The notes below the pieces were generated by a model. The model worked only from the letters and a program-made list of their open reading frames with translations. It ran no database searches and had not been told where the DNA came from. Source: an uncultured Phycisphaerales bacterium (lineage in GTDB: Bacteria > Planctomycetota > Phycisphaerae > Phycisphaerales > UBA1924). From it: a stretch of 64,000 bases of DNA. A program made the position numbers and the translations under genes. Below, piece after piece: positions 49,735 through 57,787 of the stretch. Location of the stretch: NCBI GenBank assembly GCA_937858155.1, contig CALLYM010000160.1, positions 5,568 through 69,567 on the forward strand, in the 5' to 3' direction. The number at the start of each line of letters is the position of its first letter. Positions within the stretch are counted from its first letter, which is position 1.

Positions 49735-49761
49735 AAAGGGCCGGCGGTGCGCCGGCCCTTT
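49735..49761. terminator. hairpin between convergent kef-like and TPR/alpha-CTD genes; good terminator for the minus-strand gene
   Basis: AAAGGGCCGGCG-GTG-CGCCGGCCCTTT forms a 12-bp perfect stem. On the minus strand it is followed by TTCATTG after the TTT of the stem. Confidence 0.6.
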
Positions 49762-49786
49762 GTGCCGAGGAACTTTCCAAGAGGGC

Positions 49787-50725
49787 TTAGGGGTCCAGCT
49801 TGCGGAGTTCGAGGCCCGCCTCGGTCAGGCGCTCCTTGATCTCCTTGAGGCTGGTTGCTCCGAAGTTCTTGATGCCCATGAGTTCCGCCTCGGTGTGGCT
49901 CGCGAGGTCGCCCAGTGTCTGGATGTTGAGCAGTTGGAGGGCCTTGCGTGCGCGGACGGACAACTGGAGGTCGGTGACGGGCTTGGCAAGAGTTGTCTCC
50001 CGCCCGGTGCCCTTGTACTGCTCGAGCAGGGCGCGACGGGCGGCGCGGTGCGCGTCCTCGAGGCCTTGGCCAAGCTTCAGGCCCTTGGCGGTAAGCATCT
50101 TCTTGATTTCGGTCAGGCTCGTGTCGCCAAAGTTCTTGTACGAGAGCAATTCGGCCTCCGTGATGCGGAGGAGGTCGCCCAGCGTGCGGATGTTCATCTT
50201 CTTCAGGCACGTGCGGGCCCGGACGGAGAGCTCAAAGTCCGTGACCGGCGTGTCGAGCATCGCCTTGCGCTTGAAGATATCGCGGTCCTGCTCCTCAACG
50301 ACCACCATCCCCTTGCTCGCCTCGACATCCTTCATGTACAGGCGTGCCCGCAGGTGGTTGGGCGAGGAATCCAGGATCTGGCGAAGGCAGCGTTCCGCCT
50401 CTGCGTACTCGCCGCGGTCCTCGTACATCACCGCGAGGTTCATGAGCGCGTTGAGGTGCGCGGGCGTGCGGTTGGCGCATCGCTCGTAGAGCGAGAGCGC
50501 TTCGTCTTCTTCGCCGACCAGGTCCAGGTGGTACGCAAGCTTGAAGAGGGCCTGCGGGTTGTCCGGGTCCGCGGCCACTGCGCGGCGGAGTTCGCCGATC
50601 GCCTCGCCGCGGTCATGGGTCTGCTCGGCTTTGACGGCATTGGTCAGGTGGCGGGCGGCCGCGGCGCTGTCGCGCTTCACGGCATCGCTGGTTCCAATTA
50701 CGATATCAAGAGGGTCGTGCGCCAT
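49787..50725 (-). CDS. TPR protein with two tandem RNA polymerase alpha-subunit C-terminal-domain (alpha-CTD, HhH) like modules
   Basis: TPR region (ALFKLAYHLDLVGEEDEALSLYERC...LMNLAVMYEDRGEYAEAERCLRQIL). It is followed by two copies of the alpha-CTD signature: V TDFELSVRARTCLKKMNIRTLGDLLRITEAELLSYKNFGDTSLTEIKKML and VTDLQLSVRARKALQLLNIQTLGDLASHTEAELMGIKNFGATSLKEIKERL. Confidence 0.8.
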   Translation of the reverse strand: MAHDPLDIVIGTSDAVKRDSAAAARHLTNAVKAEQTHDRGEAIGELRRAVAADPDNPQALFKLAYHLDLVGEEDEALSLYERCANRTPAHLNALMNLAVMYEDRGEYAEAERCLRQILDSSPNHLRARLYMKDVEASKGMVVVEEQDRDIFKRKAMLDTPVTDFELSVRARTCLKKMNIRTLGDLLRITEAELLSYKNFGDTSLTEIKKMLTAKGLKLGQGLEDAHRAARRALLEQYKGTGRETTLAKPVTDLQLSVRARKALQLLNIQTLGDLASHTEAELMGIKNFGATSLKEIKERLTEAGLELRKLDP

Positions 50726-50864
50726 GGGGTGCTCCGGGTGTGTCGATATCTGCGCGCCGGCGAGGTATCGCTGACGGGGCGGACCTTAGAACCGGGCGCT
50801 CACCAAGTCCAACGCAAAACCAAACCGATACCAAACAAACAAGGGTGTCCGGAGAGAAAAACTT

Positions 50865-52298
50865 TCAGGCTGCGATCGCGCCATCTTCCCGCACCACTCT
50901 GATGGACTTCCAACGGCCGCTCAGGAAGCGGAAAAGAAGGAACATGGCCAGCACGGCGATGTACATCGCGGCCGCGATCCAGCCTGACATGGACTCCAGG
51001 CTTGGCGCCATGGCGCGGAGCGTGAGACCCCCGCCAACGATGATCGACCATGAGAGAATGAGCGTGGCGATGCCGGGGACCTTGGTGTCTCCTGCGCCGC
51101 GGAGCGCGCCCGAGAGGGTCATGGCGACGCCATCGAACAGTTGGAACGCGGCTGTGGCGAGGAGGAACTTCCGGCCGAGGTTCAGGAGCAGTTCATGGTC
51201 TTCCGCGGTGGTTTCTCCCTCGATAAAAAGCTCCATGAGGGGGCGGGGGAAGAGGGCGAAGACCGCACCGCAGATGCCCATGTAGATAACGGCGAGCCGC
51301 AGCCCGAGCCACGCGCGCTGCTGGGCAAGGTCGCTCCGGCCCATCCCCTGGTACTTGCCCACGAGCGCGGTGACCGCCACGCTGATCCCCACGGTGGGCA
51401 TGAACGAGAGGCTCATGTACTGGTGCGCGATCCACGCGGCGGTGGCGTGCTGGGGGCCGTAGCCGCTCACCAGATAGACCATGAAGAAGCCCCAGCAAAT
51501 CATCTCGTTGCCGAACATGGCGCCCTGGGGCCAGCCCATCCGCCAGAGTTCTTTCATGTGCACAAGGCTGGGCCGCCACTGGCTCCGCGTGCGGTACGCG
51601 CGGTTCATGGCCGGGCCGAGGAAGACCGACAGGGGTATGACCAGCTCGACAAGCGTGGCGAGCACCGTGCCGACAGCGGAGCCGGCGACGCCCATCCTTC
51701 GTACTTGAAGCGAGTGAGCGATCGCGCTCGTGGCCTTGCCGAAGAGACCCAAGGATTCCGGCGCATCGGGCCCGAACATGAAGACCGCGGCAAGAACGAG
51801 GTTGGCGATGTTGGCCGTCACCCCGGCCACCATCACGATGCTGGAACGGTGCATGCCGTAGAAGAACTGGGAGAAAGCACGTGTGAACAGCGTGAGACCG
51901 GCGCCCCACAGGAGGATGCGTCCGTACTGGGAGGCGATAACGGCCTGACGGCTTTCCACGCCCGCCGCCGCGAAGATACGCGGCAGCGTGAACGAGTAGG
52001 GCAGCAGCAGCACGAGCCAGTAGAGCACGCCGATCCAGGCGGCGTTCCATGCGTATGCGGGCCCGCGTTCAGCCTTCCCCGCTCCCATGTTCTGCGACGT
52101 GAAGGTGCTGACCACCGTGACCACCCCATGCCCAAAGGAGATGGCGACCCAGGAGGCCAGCCCGCCGTTGCCCTGCGCACCCACGTAGATGGGTTCGCTG
52201 CCGAGGTGCGACGACAGCCACTTGTCGGTAAAGGTCATGAGCGTGTAGGAGCACATCGCGGCAACCGTGGGGCCGGCGATACGGAGCATTTCGCGCAT
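50865..52298 (-). CDS. MATE family efflux transporter
   Basis: MREMLRIAGPTVAAMCSYTLMTFTDKWLSSHLG is a typical MATE N-terminus. There are 12 predicted TM helices. The start was chosen to avoid overlap with the divergent gene. Confidence 0.85.
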   Translation of the reverse strand: MREMLRIAGPTVAAMCSYTLMTFTDKWLSSHLGSEPIYVGAQGNGGLASWVAISFGHGVVTVVSTFTSQNMGAGKAERGPAYAWNAAWIGVLYWLVLLLPYSFTLPRIFAAAGVESRQAVIASQYGRILLWGAGLTLFTRAFSQFFYGMHRSSIVMVAGVTANIANLVLAAVFMFGPDAPESLGLFGKATSAIAHSLQVRRMGVAGSAVGTVLATLVELVIPLSVFLGPAMNRAYRTRSQWRPSLVHMKELWRMGWPQGAMFGNEMICWGFFMVYLVSGYGPQHATAAWIAHQYMSLSFMPTVGISVAVTALVGKYQGMGRSDLAQQRAWLGLRLAVIYMGICGAVFALFPRPLMELFIEGETTAEDHELLLNLGRKFLLATAAFQLFDGVAMTLSGALRGAGDTKVPGIATLILSWSIIVGGGLTLRAMAPSLESMSGWIAAAMYIAVLAMFLLFRFLSGRWKSIRVVREDGAIAA

Positions 52299-52404
52299 GG
52301 GGTGCGGGTCGATGCCCGCCGCGGAGGGGTTGGTGGTGGTGAAAGCCAAGCCTCCATTATTGCCCGTCGGGCGTGCTGATACGCTGGGCCGACAGGAGGT
52401 CCGC

Positions 52405-53541
52405 ATGACGCACCACACTCCCGCCTGGCAGGATATTGGTTCAGTGGAGGACTTGTCGCGCGCTGAGCTTCAGCAGGTGACGGTGGGCAGGACGCGCGTT
52501 GCCCTTGCCTGCAAGGACGGTGTTTTCTCGGCTCTGTCCGGGGTGTGCAATCATGCGGGTGGTCCGCTTGGTCAGGGGCGTCTGGAGGGTGACTATGTGG
52601 TGTGCCCGTGGCACCACTGGAAGTTCCACTGCCGGACGGGCGAGGGTGAGCCTGGCTTCGAGGAAGACCGCGTGCCCGTATACCCCGTGAAGGTCGAGGG
52701 CGGCAGGGTGTATGTGGACGTGGCCGGTGGAACGCCACGGCACAAGAAGCCTCACGCGCCGCACCCGTTGACGCAGCTGACGGTGCGGGGTGGGCCCGGC
52801 GGCGTGCAGGCGGATGCACCGTGGCGTGTTGTGGGCATCTCGACGACGAACATGGACACCTCGCACCCGCGCTACTCGACGAGCGACGCACTTCTGGTGA
52901 GTGCGCTCGAGCGGGCGCGTTCAAAGGGCGCTGAGACCCGGCATATCCGTCTCGCTGAGTTGTCGTTCCGCGCGTGCGAGGGGTACTACTCCAAGAGCGC
53001 CCATGCTTGCAGCTGGCCCTGCTCCATTACGCAGATGGACCCCACGGACCAGATGGAACGCGTGTACGAGGCGTTTGTGCAGTGGGGGGACGTCTTCATA
53101 GTCGCAACGCCCATCCGCTGGGGTCAGGCCAGCTCGCTTTACTACAAGATGGTCGAGCGCATGAACTGCATCCAGAATCAGGAAACCATTGCCAACCGCG
53201 TCCTCCTCCGCAACAAGGTGGTTGGTTTCATCGTGACGGGTGGTCAGGACAATGTGCAGGCGGTGGTCGGACAGATGATGACCTTCTTCGGGGAGCTTGG
53301 GTGCCAATTCCCGCAGTTCCCTTTCATCGCGCACAGCCGTGGGTGGTCGGCGGAGGACATGGAGCGCAATGTAGCGGTTGTCAAGAACAGTGCCGGGTTG
53401 CATGAGGGCGCTGCCGCGCTCGTTGATCGTTGCCTGGCCACAGCCGAGTCCCTCGTCGGGCATGACATCTGTCCTGCTCGGCCTGTCCGCGGCGGGCGCA
53501 AGGCCCACACGCTGGACGGGACGGATTCTTCCGGGGAGTAA
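52405..53541 (+). CDS. fusion protein: Rieske [2Fe-2S] domain + flavodoxin-like NADPH-dependent FMN reductase / iron-sulfur-flavoprotein-like domain
   Basis: AGGAGG lies 5 nt upstream of ATG 52405. The Rieske motifs are CNHAGGPL and CPWHHWKF. These are followed by VVGISTTNM...STSDALL...VFIVATPIRWGQASSLYYKMVERM...VGFIVTGGQDN, with a Cys-rich stretch CEGYYSKSAHACSWPC. Confidence 0.8.
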   Translation: MTHHTPAWQDIGSVEDLSRAELQQVTVGRTRVALACKDGVFSALSGVCNHAGGPLGQGRLEGDYVVCPWHHWKFHCRTGEGEPGFEEDRVPVYPVKVEGGRVYVDVAGGTPRHKKPHAPHPLTQLTVRGGPGGVQADAPWRVVGISTTNMDTSHPRYSTSDALLVSALERARSKGAETRHIRLAELSFRACEGYYSKSAHACSWPCSITQMDPTDQMERVYEAFVQWGDVFIVATPIRWGQASSLYYKMVERMNCIQNQETIANRVLLRNKVVGFIVTGGQDNVQAVVGQMMTFFGELGCQFPQFPFIAHSRGWSAEDMERNVAVVKNSAGLHEGAAALVDRCLATAESLVGHDICPARPVRGGRKAHTLDGTDSSGE

Positions 53542-53589
53542 GGCTGGTGGGAGTGCCCGTTCTTCTCTCTTCATCCTTACGGCGCGTCC

Positions 53590-54714
53590 TCATCCGCTCA
53601 GCGCCAGGCGGACCGCAAGCATCAGCGCCGCCTTCATGCTGCCTTCGTCAGCTTTGCCCGTCCCAGCGATATCAAATGCCGTGCCGTGGTCTGGGCTGGT
53701 TCGATGGACAGCACGGCCCGCGTGGGTGAGCCCCACGGTGAAGTTGACCGCGCGGTCCCACGCCAGCGTCTTGATCGGGATGAGCCCCTGGTCGTGGTAC
53801 ATCGCGACCACAAGGTCGAAGCGGGACGCGGGAGCATGTTCGTAGGAAAGTGCGTTCTGAAAGATCGTGTCGGCGGGCCATGGGCCGCTCGCGTCGATGC
53901 CCAATGCCCGTGCGGCAGCGACGGCGGGCGCAATGATGGCGTCGTCCTCTCTTCCTAGAAGCCCGTGCTCTCCCGCGTGCGGGTTTAGGCCGCAGACGCC
54001 TATGCGCGGAGCCGCATGACCCAGCCGTTGCATCGCGTCCGTTCCCAGCTGGATCGTGTTGAGTACACGCTCGGTGGTGAGAGCATCCGGCACGGCACGG
54101 AGCGGTTGGTGCACGGTGGCGAGAATGACGTTGAGCCCGGCGGTGCTCGCGATCGGTCCGGGGCGCGATCGCGCTGACGTCCGCTCCGCCGTGGGCGGTG
54201 CGTGGAACATCATCGCGAACTTACTCGCGCCGAACGCTTCCGCGAACAGTTCCGTGTGACCCGGGTACTTGGCCAGCCCTGCGAGCGACCACCCCTGCTT
54301 GTGAATCGGCCCGGTGACGACCGCCGCCGCGTGCCACGGGTGATCGTGGGGCAGCCTGGCAAGCTCGATGGCCCGCTGCACGCATGTGAACGAGAGAGTG
54401 CCGTTATTCGCGTCCGCCCTCCGCGGGAAGCTCGTGGAAGTACCGAGACCGGCTTCGTGACAGAGGTCTACGAGGCCGACCTCGCTCGCGCTAAGCGCCG
54501 TAAGAGTGCTGCTCGAGAAGTGGTGGGGGAGCTCCGTCCATGTGGCGGGTACATGGCACGCAGCGGCGGCGTTGCTGAGCACGCCACTACTGCCGAAGAT
54601 GACCCAGCGCGCCGTTCGCCGCAGCGCGCCGTCTTCCAATGCCTTGATGATCACCTCGGGCCCCACGCCCGCGGGGTCACCCATGGAAATCGCGATGAGC
54701 GGCGGCTTCTTCAC
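53590..54714 (-). CDS. pdxA: 4-hydroxythreonine-4-phosphate dehydrogenase
   Basis: IAISMGDPAGVGPEVIIKAL, YPGHTELFAE, CGLNPHAGEHG and ...TSPDHGTAFDIAGTG. Confidence 0.9.
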   Translation of the reverse strand: MKKPPLIAISMGDPAGVGPEVIIKALEDGALRRTARWVIFGSSGVLSNAAAACHVPATWTELPHHFSSSTLTALSASEVGLVDLCHEAGLGTSTSFPRRADANNGTLSFTCVQRAIELARLPHDHPWHAAAVVTGPIHKQGWSLAGLAKYPGHTELFAEAFGASKFAMMFHAPPTAERTSARSRPGPIASTAGLNVILATVHQPLRAVPDALTTERVLNTIQLGTDAMQRLGHAAPRIGVCGLNPHAGEHGLLGREDDAIIAPAVAAARALGIDASGPWPADTIFQNALSYEHAPASRFDLVVAMYHDQGLIPIKTLAWDRAVNFTVGLTHAGRAVHRTSPDHGTAFDIAGTGKADEGSMKAALMLAVRLALSG

Positions 54715-54748
54715 GGCGCAGTGTATGAATTGTGCTGTTCCTGGAGTC

Positions 54749-55882
54749 TTACGACGAGGAGAACACGAGCCCGGGCTCCACGCGCATCACGCGGCGCAGG
54801 CTCAGAACGCTCCCGAGCATGATGGTGAAGATGGTGGCGAAGAACGATCCCACGAGCAGCTGCCACGGGTATTCCACCTTGAGTTCGCTCTGGATGTTCT
54901 TGGAGATGATCGCGAACACGCCCGCACACCCGGCGCCGATGCCGAACCCGATCGTGCCGACGATCAGTGCCTGCAGCAGCACCATGCCCGCGAGTACCGC
55001 GTTGCGCGATCCCATTGCCTTCAGCGTGGCGAAGGAGCGGATGTTCTCGACTGTAAACTGGTAGAAGATGGACGCCGAGAGCAGGAGCCCCACGATGAAG
55101 CCGAGCATGATGGTGATGCCGAAGTTCACGCCGATACCGGTCGCCACAATAATGAACCGGATGCTCCGCTCGCGGAACTGCTCGGTCGTGAAGGCCTTCA
55201 CGTCCCCCAGCGCATCGATCCCTGCCTGAACATCCTCGGCGGCGGTGCCGGGCTTCTGCTTGACCAGGATGTACGAAATTGTCTCTCGTCCCACGGGTGC
55301 AAAGCGGTTGGCGTTGTCGTAGGTCGTGTAAATTGTCGCGTTGCTCTCGAACCCCCGGGCCGCCCGACAGACACCGACAATCACGGCACGGTGGTCGTTC
55401 ACCTTCAGCACGTCACCGACCTGCGCGTGCCCGAGCAGCGCCATCGACTGCTCTTCCACGATGATCGCATCGGGGATCCACAAGTCCTCGACTCGCCCAA
55501 CAACCATCTCGGGCGGCCGGCCGGCGAGCGTGCTCCGCGCCACGCCGATCATCTGCAACTTCTTGAACGAGCCCGAACGGAGCTCGCACGTCGCGTAGGT
55601 GTTTACAAACGGCTCGGCCCATTCCACACCCGGCACGCTGCGGACGCGGGAGAGTTTCTGGTCCGACAGCGGGCGGTATTCCGCGACCCACGCGGTGTCC
55701 GGGTCCATGACCCACAGGTCTGGCTGGTGGACGTTCTGCAGCGGCCCGGTCGCCTGGGTGAGCAGCCCCACAAAGATCGCCCCTTGCTGGTTCATCAGCA
55801 GGGCTGCGAATGCGAGACCCAGCACCAGGGTGAGGTACTTCGTGCGGTCGCCGAACAGCATGCGCATCGCCACGCGGAGCAT
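54749..55882 (-). CDS. ABC exporter permease, FtsX fold, DevC-like
   Basis: MLRVAMRMLFGDRTKYLTLVLGLAFAALLMNQQGAIFVGLL is a DevC-type N-terminus. The C-terminus has the FtsX 3-TM module (ATLKAMGSRN...). Confidence 0.8.
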   Translation of the reverse strand: MLRVAMRMLFGDRTKYLTLVLGLAFAALLMNQQGAIFVGLLTQATGPLQNVHQPDLWVMDPDTAWVAEYRPLSDQKLSRVRSVPGVEWAEPFVNTYATCELRSGSFKKLQMIGVARSTLAGRPPEMVVGRVEDLWIPDAIIVEEQSMALLGHAQVGDVLKVNDHRAVIVGVCRAARGFESNATIYTTYDNANRFAPVGRETISYILVKQKPGTAAEDVQAGIDALGDVKAFTTEQFRERSIRFIIVATGIGVNFGITIMLGFIVGLLLSASIFYQFTVENIRSFATLKAMGSRNAVLAGMVLLQALIVGTIGFGIGAGCAGVFAIISKNIQSELKVEYPWQLLVGSFFATIFTIMLGSVLSLRRVMRVEPGLVFSSS

Positions 55883-55928
55883 GGCTCATTGTACGAACGC
55901 CCGCGTTCGACGGCCTCACACGGTGCGT

Positions 55929-57257
55929 TCAATCATGGCGGAGTGCAACGATGGGGTCCTGCTTGGCGGCGCGCCGGGCCGGGTAGAGCCCGAAGACAAG
56001 CCCCGTTGCCACCGCGACGGCAAAGGAAACCATGATCGACCACAGCGTGACCTGCGTGGGCAGGTTGGCGTCCCGGTTGAAGAACTGGCCCACCAGCGGC
56101 AGGTCGGGCAGCGAGTGCACGCCCCACTGAACGCCGAAGGACAGGCCCACGCCCATCGCGACGCCCACCAGCCCGCCGAGCGTGCTCAAAACGCTGGTCT
56201 CGACGAGGAACTGCCAGAGGATGTGCCTGCGGGTGGCGCCCAGGGCGCGGCGGATGCCGATTTCGCGCGTGCGTTCGGTCACGCTCGCGAGCATGATGTT
56301 CATGATGCCGATACCGCCCACGAGCAGCGAAATCCCGGCGATGCTGCCGAACACGAGCGTGAACTGGAGCTGCGTCTTCCGGGCGTTCTCCAGCAGCTCA
56401 TAGGGCACGAAGACCTGCACGTCGGTGAGCCCCGTCGACCGCACCGCAAGGATGCGGCGGAGGCGGTCGCCGTCCCGTAGCACATCCTCGCGCGACTTGG
56501 AAACAAGATACAACTCCGACACCTGCACTTCCTGGTTTTCAAACGAGCCGCCCGAGCGCCGGAACGTGGCGTCACCGAAGGTTTCGCGGGCGGTGGTCAG
56601 CGGCACGTGGACGTCCATGTTGAGGTCACGCCCCACGAGCGCCGTGCCGCGCCCGGCCGCGAGCCCGATAGGGCTCAGCACGCCCACCACCGTGAACACC
56701 TTCTCGTCGATGCGGAGGGTCTGGCCGACGGGGTCTTCCAGCGGGAAAAAATCGCGCGCGATCTTGTCGCCGATGACGCACACCAAAGCGCGGTCCTCCA
56801 TATCTCGTTCGCTGAGATAGCGGCCGCGGTCCAGGCGCAGACGGGCGGCGTCCTGGAACTCGGGCGTGGTGCCGAAGGCCTGGCTGGTGAGGCGTTTTTC
56901 GTTGCGGAGAACCTGGCCTCCGATGGCCTTGGTCGGGACGATGCGTTCCGCCTCGGGGAAGTTGAAGCGGATGGTCTCCAGGTCCTGGCGGGTTAATCCA
57001 AACTTGGCAACCCAGGACTGATTGTCACCTTGCGGGCGCTGGGTCTCCGCGGGCTTGACACTGCGCACGATGATGTTGCGTGCGCCGAGGGCGTCGATCT
57101 GCGCGAGGGCCTCCCTCATGCCGCCCGCGCCGAGGCTGGACATGACAATCACGGACGCCACACCCAGGATGATGCCCAGGGCGGTGAGCACACTCCTCAG
57201 CAGGTGCAGCCGGAGGTTCGTGAGTCCTAGGCGGATGGTTTCGAGGAGGAACTTCAT
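55929..57257 (-). CDS. ABC transporter permease, MacB-like (periplasmic core domain + FtsX domain)
   Basis: MKFLLETIRLGLTNLRLHLLRSVLTALGIILGVASVIVM, then a large periplasmic domain, then ...GGIGIMNIMLASVTERTREIGIRRALGATRRHILWQFL. Confidence 0.85.
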   Translation of the reverse strand: MKFLLETIRLGLTNLRLHLLRSVLTALGIILGVASVIVMSSLGAGGMREALAQIDALGARNIIVRSVKPAETQRPQGDNQSWVAKFGLTRQDLETIRFNFPEAERIVPTKAIGGQVLRNEKRLTSQAFGTTPEFQDAARLRLDRGRYLSERDMEDRALVCVIGDKIARDFFPLEDPVGQTLRIDEKVFTVVGVLSPIGLAAGRGTALVGRDLNMDVHVPLTTARETFGDATFRRSGGSFENQEVQVSELYLVSKSREDVLRDGDRLRRILAVRSTGLTDVQVFVPYELLENARKTQLQFTLVFGSIAGISLLVGGIGIMNIMLASVTERTREIGIRRALGATRRHILWQFLVETSVLSTLGGLVGVAMGVGLSFGVQWGVHSLPDLPLVGQFFNRDANLPTQVTLWSIMVSFAVAVATGLVFGLYPARRAAKQDPIVALRHD

Positions 57258-57432
57258 GACTTTCCTGAGTCGCGGTTAACCGGAGGAGACACCCCAGCAT
57301 ACGCCAAACGCCGGAACAGCCGGCGTTCTCCCTCATACCCGGTTCGTCGCCCGTGGTTTCATGCCGGTAAACTGGGTTCGCGTTCGCTGGAAGTCTGCAC
57401 CTTTCTATGTCGTCCGAGGCCTGGTTTTTCCT

Positions 57433-57780
57433 ATGACCAATCCCCACGTCGAATACAAGGGCTCTCACGGGGGCGGTCCACCTCCCGCCCGCATCCGCGT
57501 GGATGCCGAGCGAGAAGCGCCGCACGGTTGGGAATTTGACATCAGCGTCCTTGGCGGTGGGGGGCAGGGCTCCGCGGGCGAGTCCCACCACACCGTGACC
57601 CTCTCATACCGCGACCACGACATGTGGACCGGCGGGAGGGTGTCTCCCTCGCACCTCATTGAGCAGGTGATCGCCTACGTCCTGCGGAAGCGGTCCGAGC
57701 CGCTCCCCGCGAAGTTTGACGCCGCGCGGGTGCGGTTCTGGTTTCCCGAGTTTGACAAGGAAGTGCGCTCCGCCGGATAA
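57433..57780 (+). CDS. hypothetical protein (115 aa)
   Basis: ORF with GC3-rich codon usage and no recognisable motif. The SD is weak and the start is uncertain. Confidence 0.45.
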   Translation: MTNPHVEYKGSHGGGPPPARIRVDAEREAPHGWEFDISVLGGGGQGSAGESHHTVTLSYRDHDMWTGGRVSPSHLIEQVIAYVLRKRSEPLPAKFDAARVRFWFPEFDKEVRSAG

Positions 57781-57787
57781 CGCGGAT

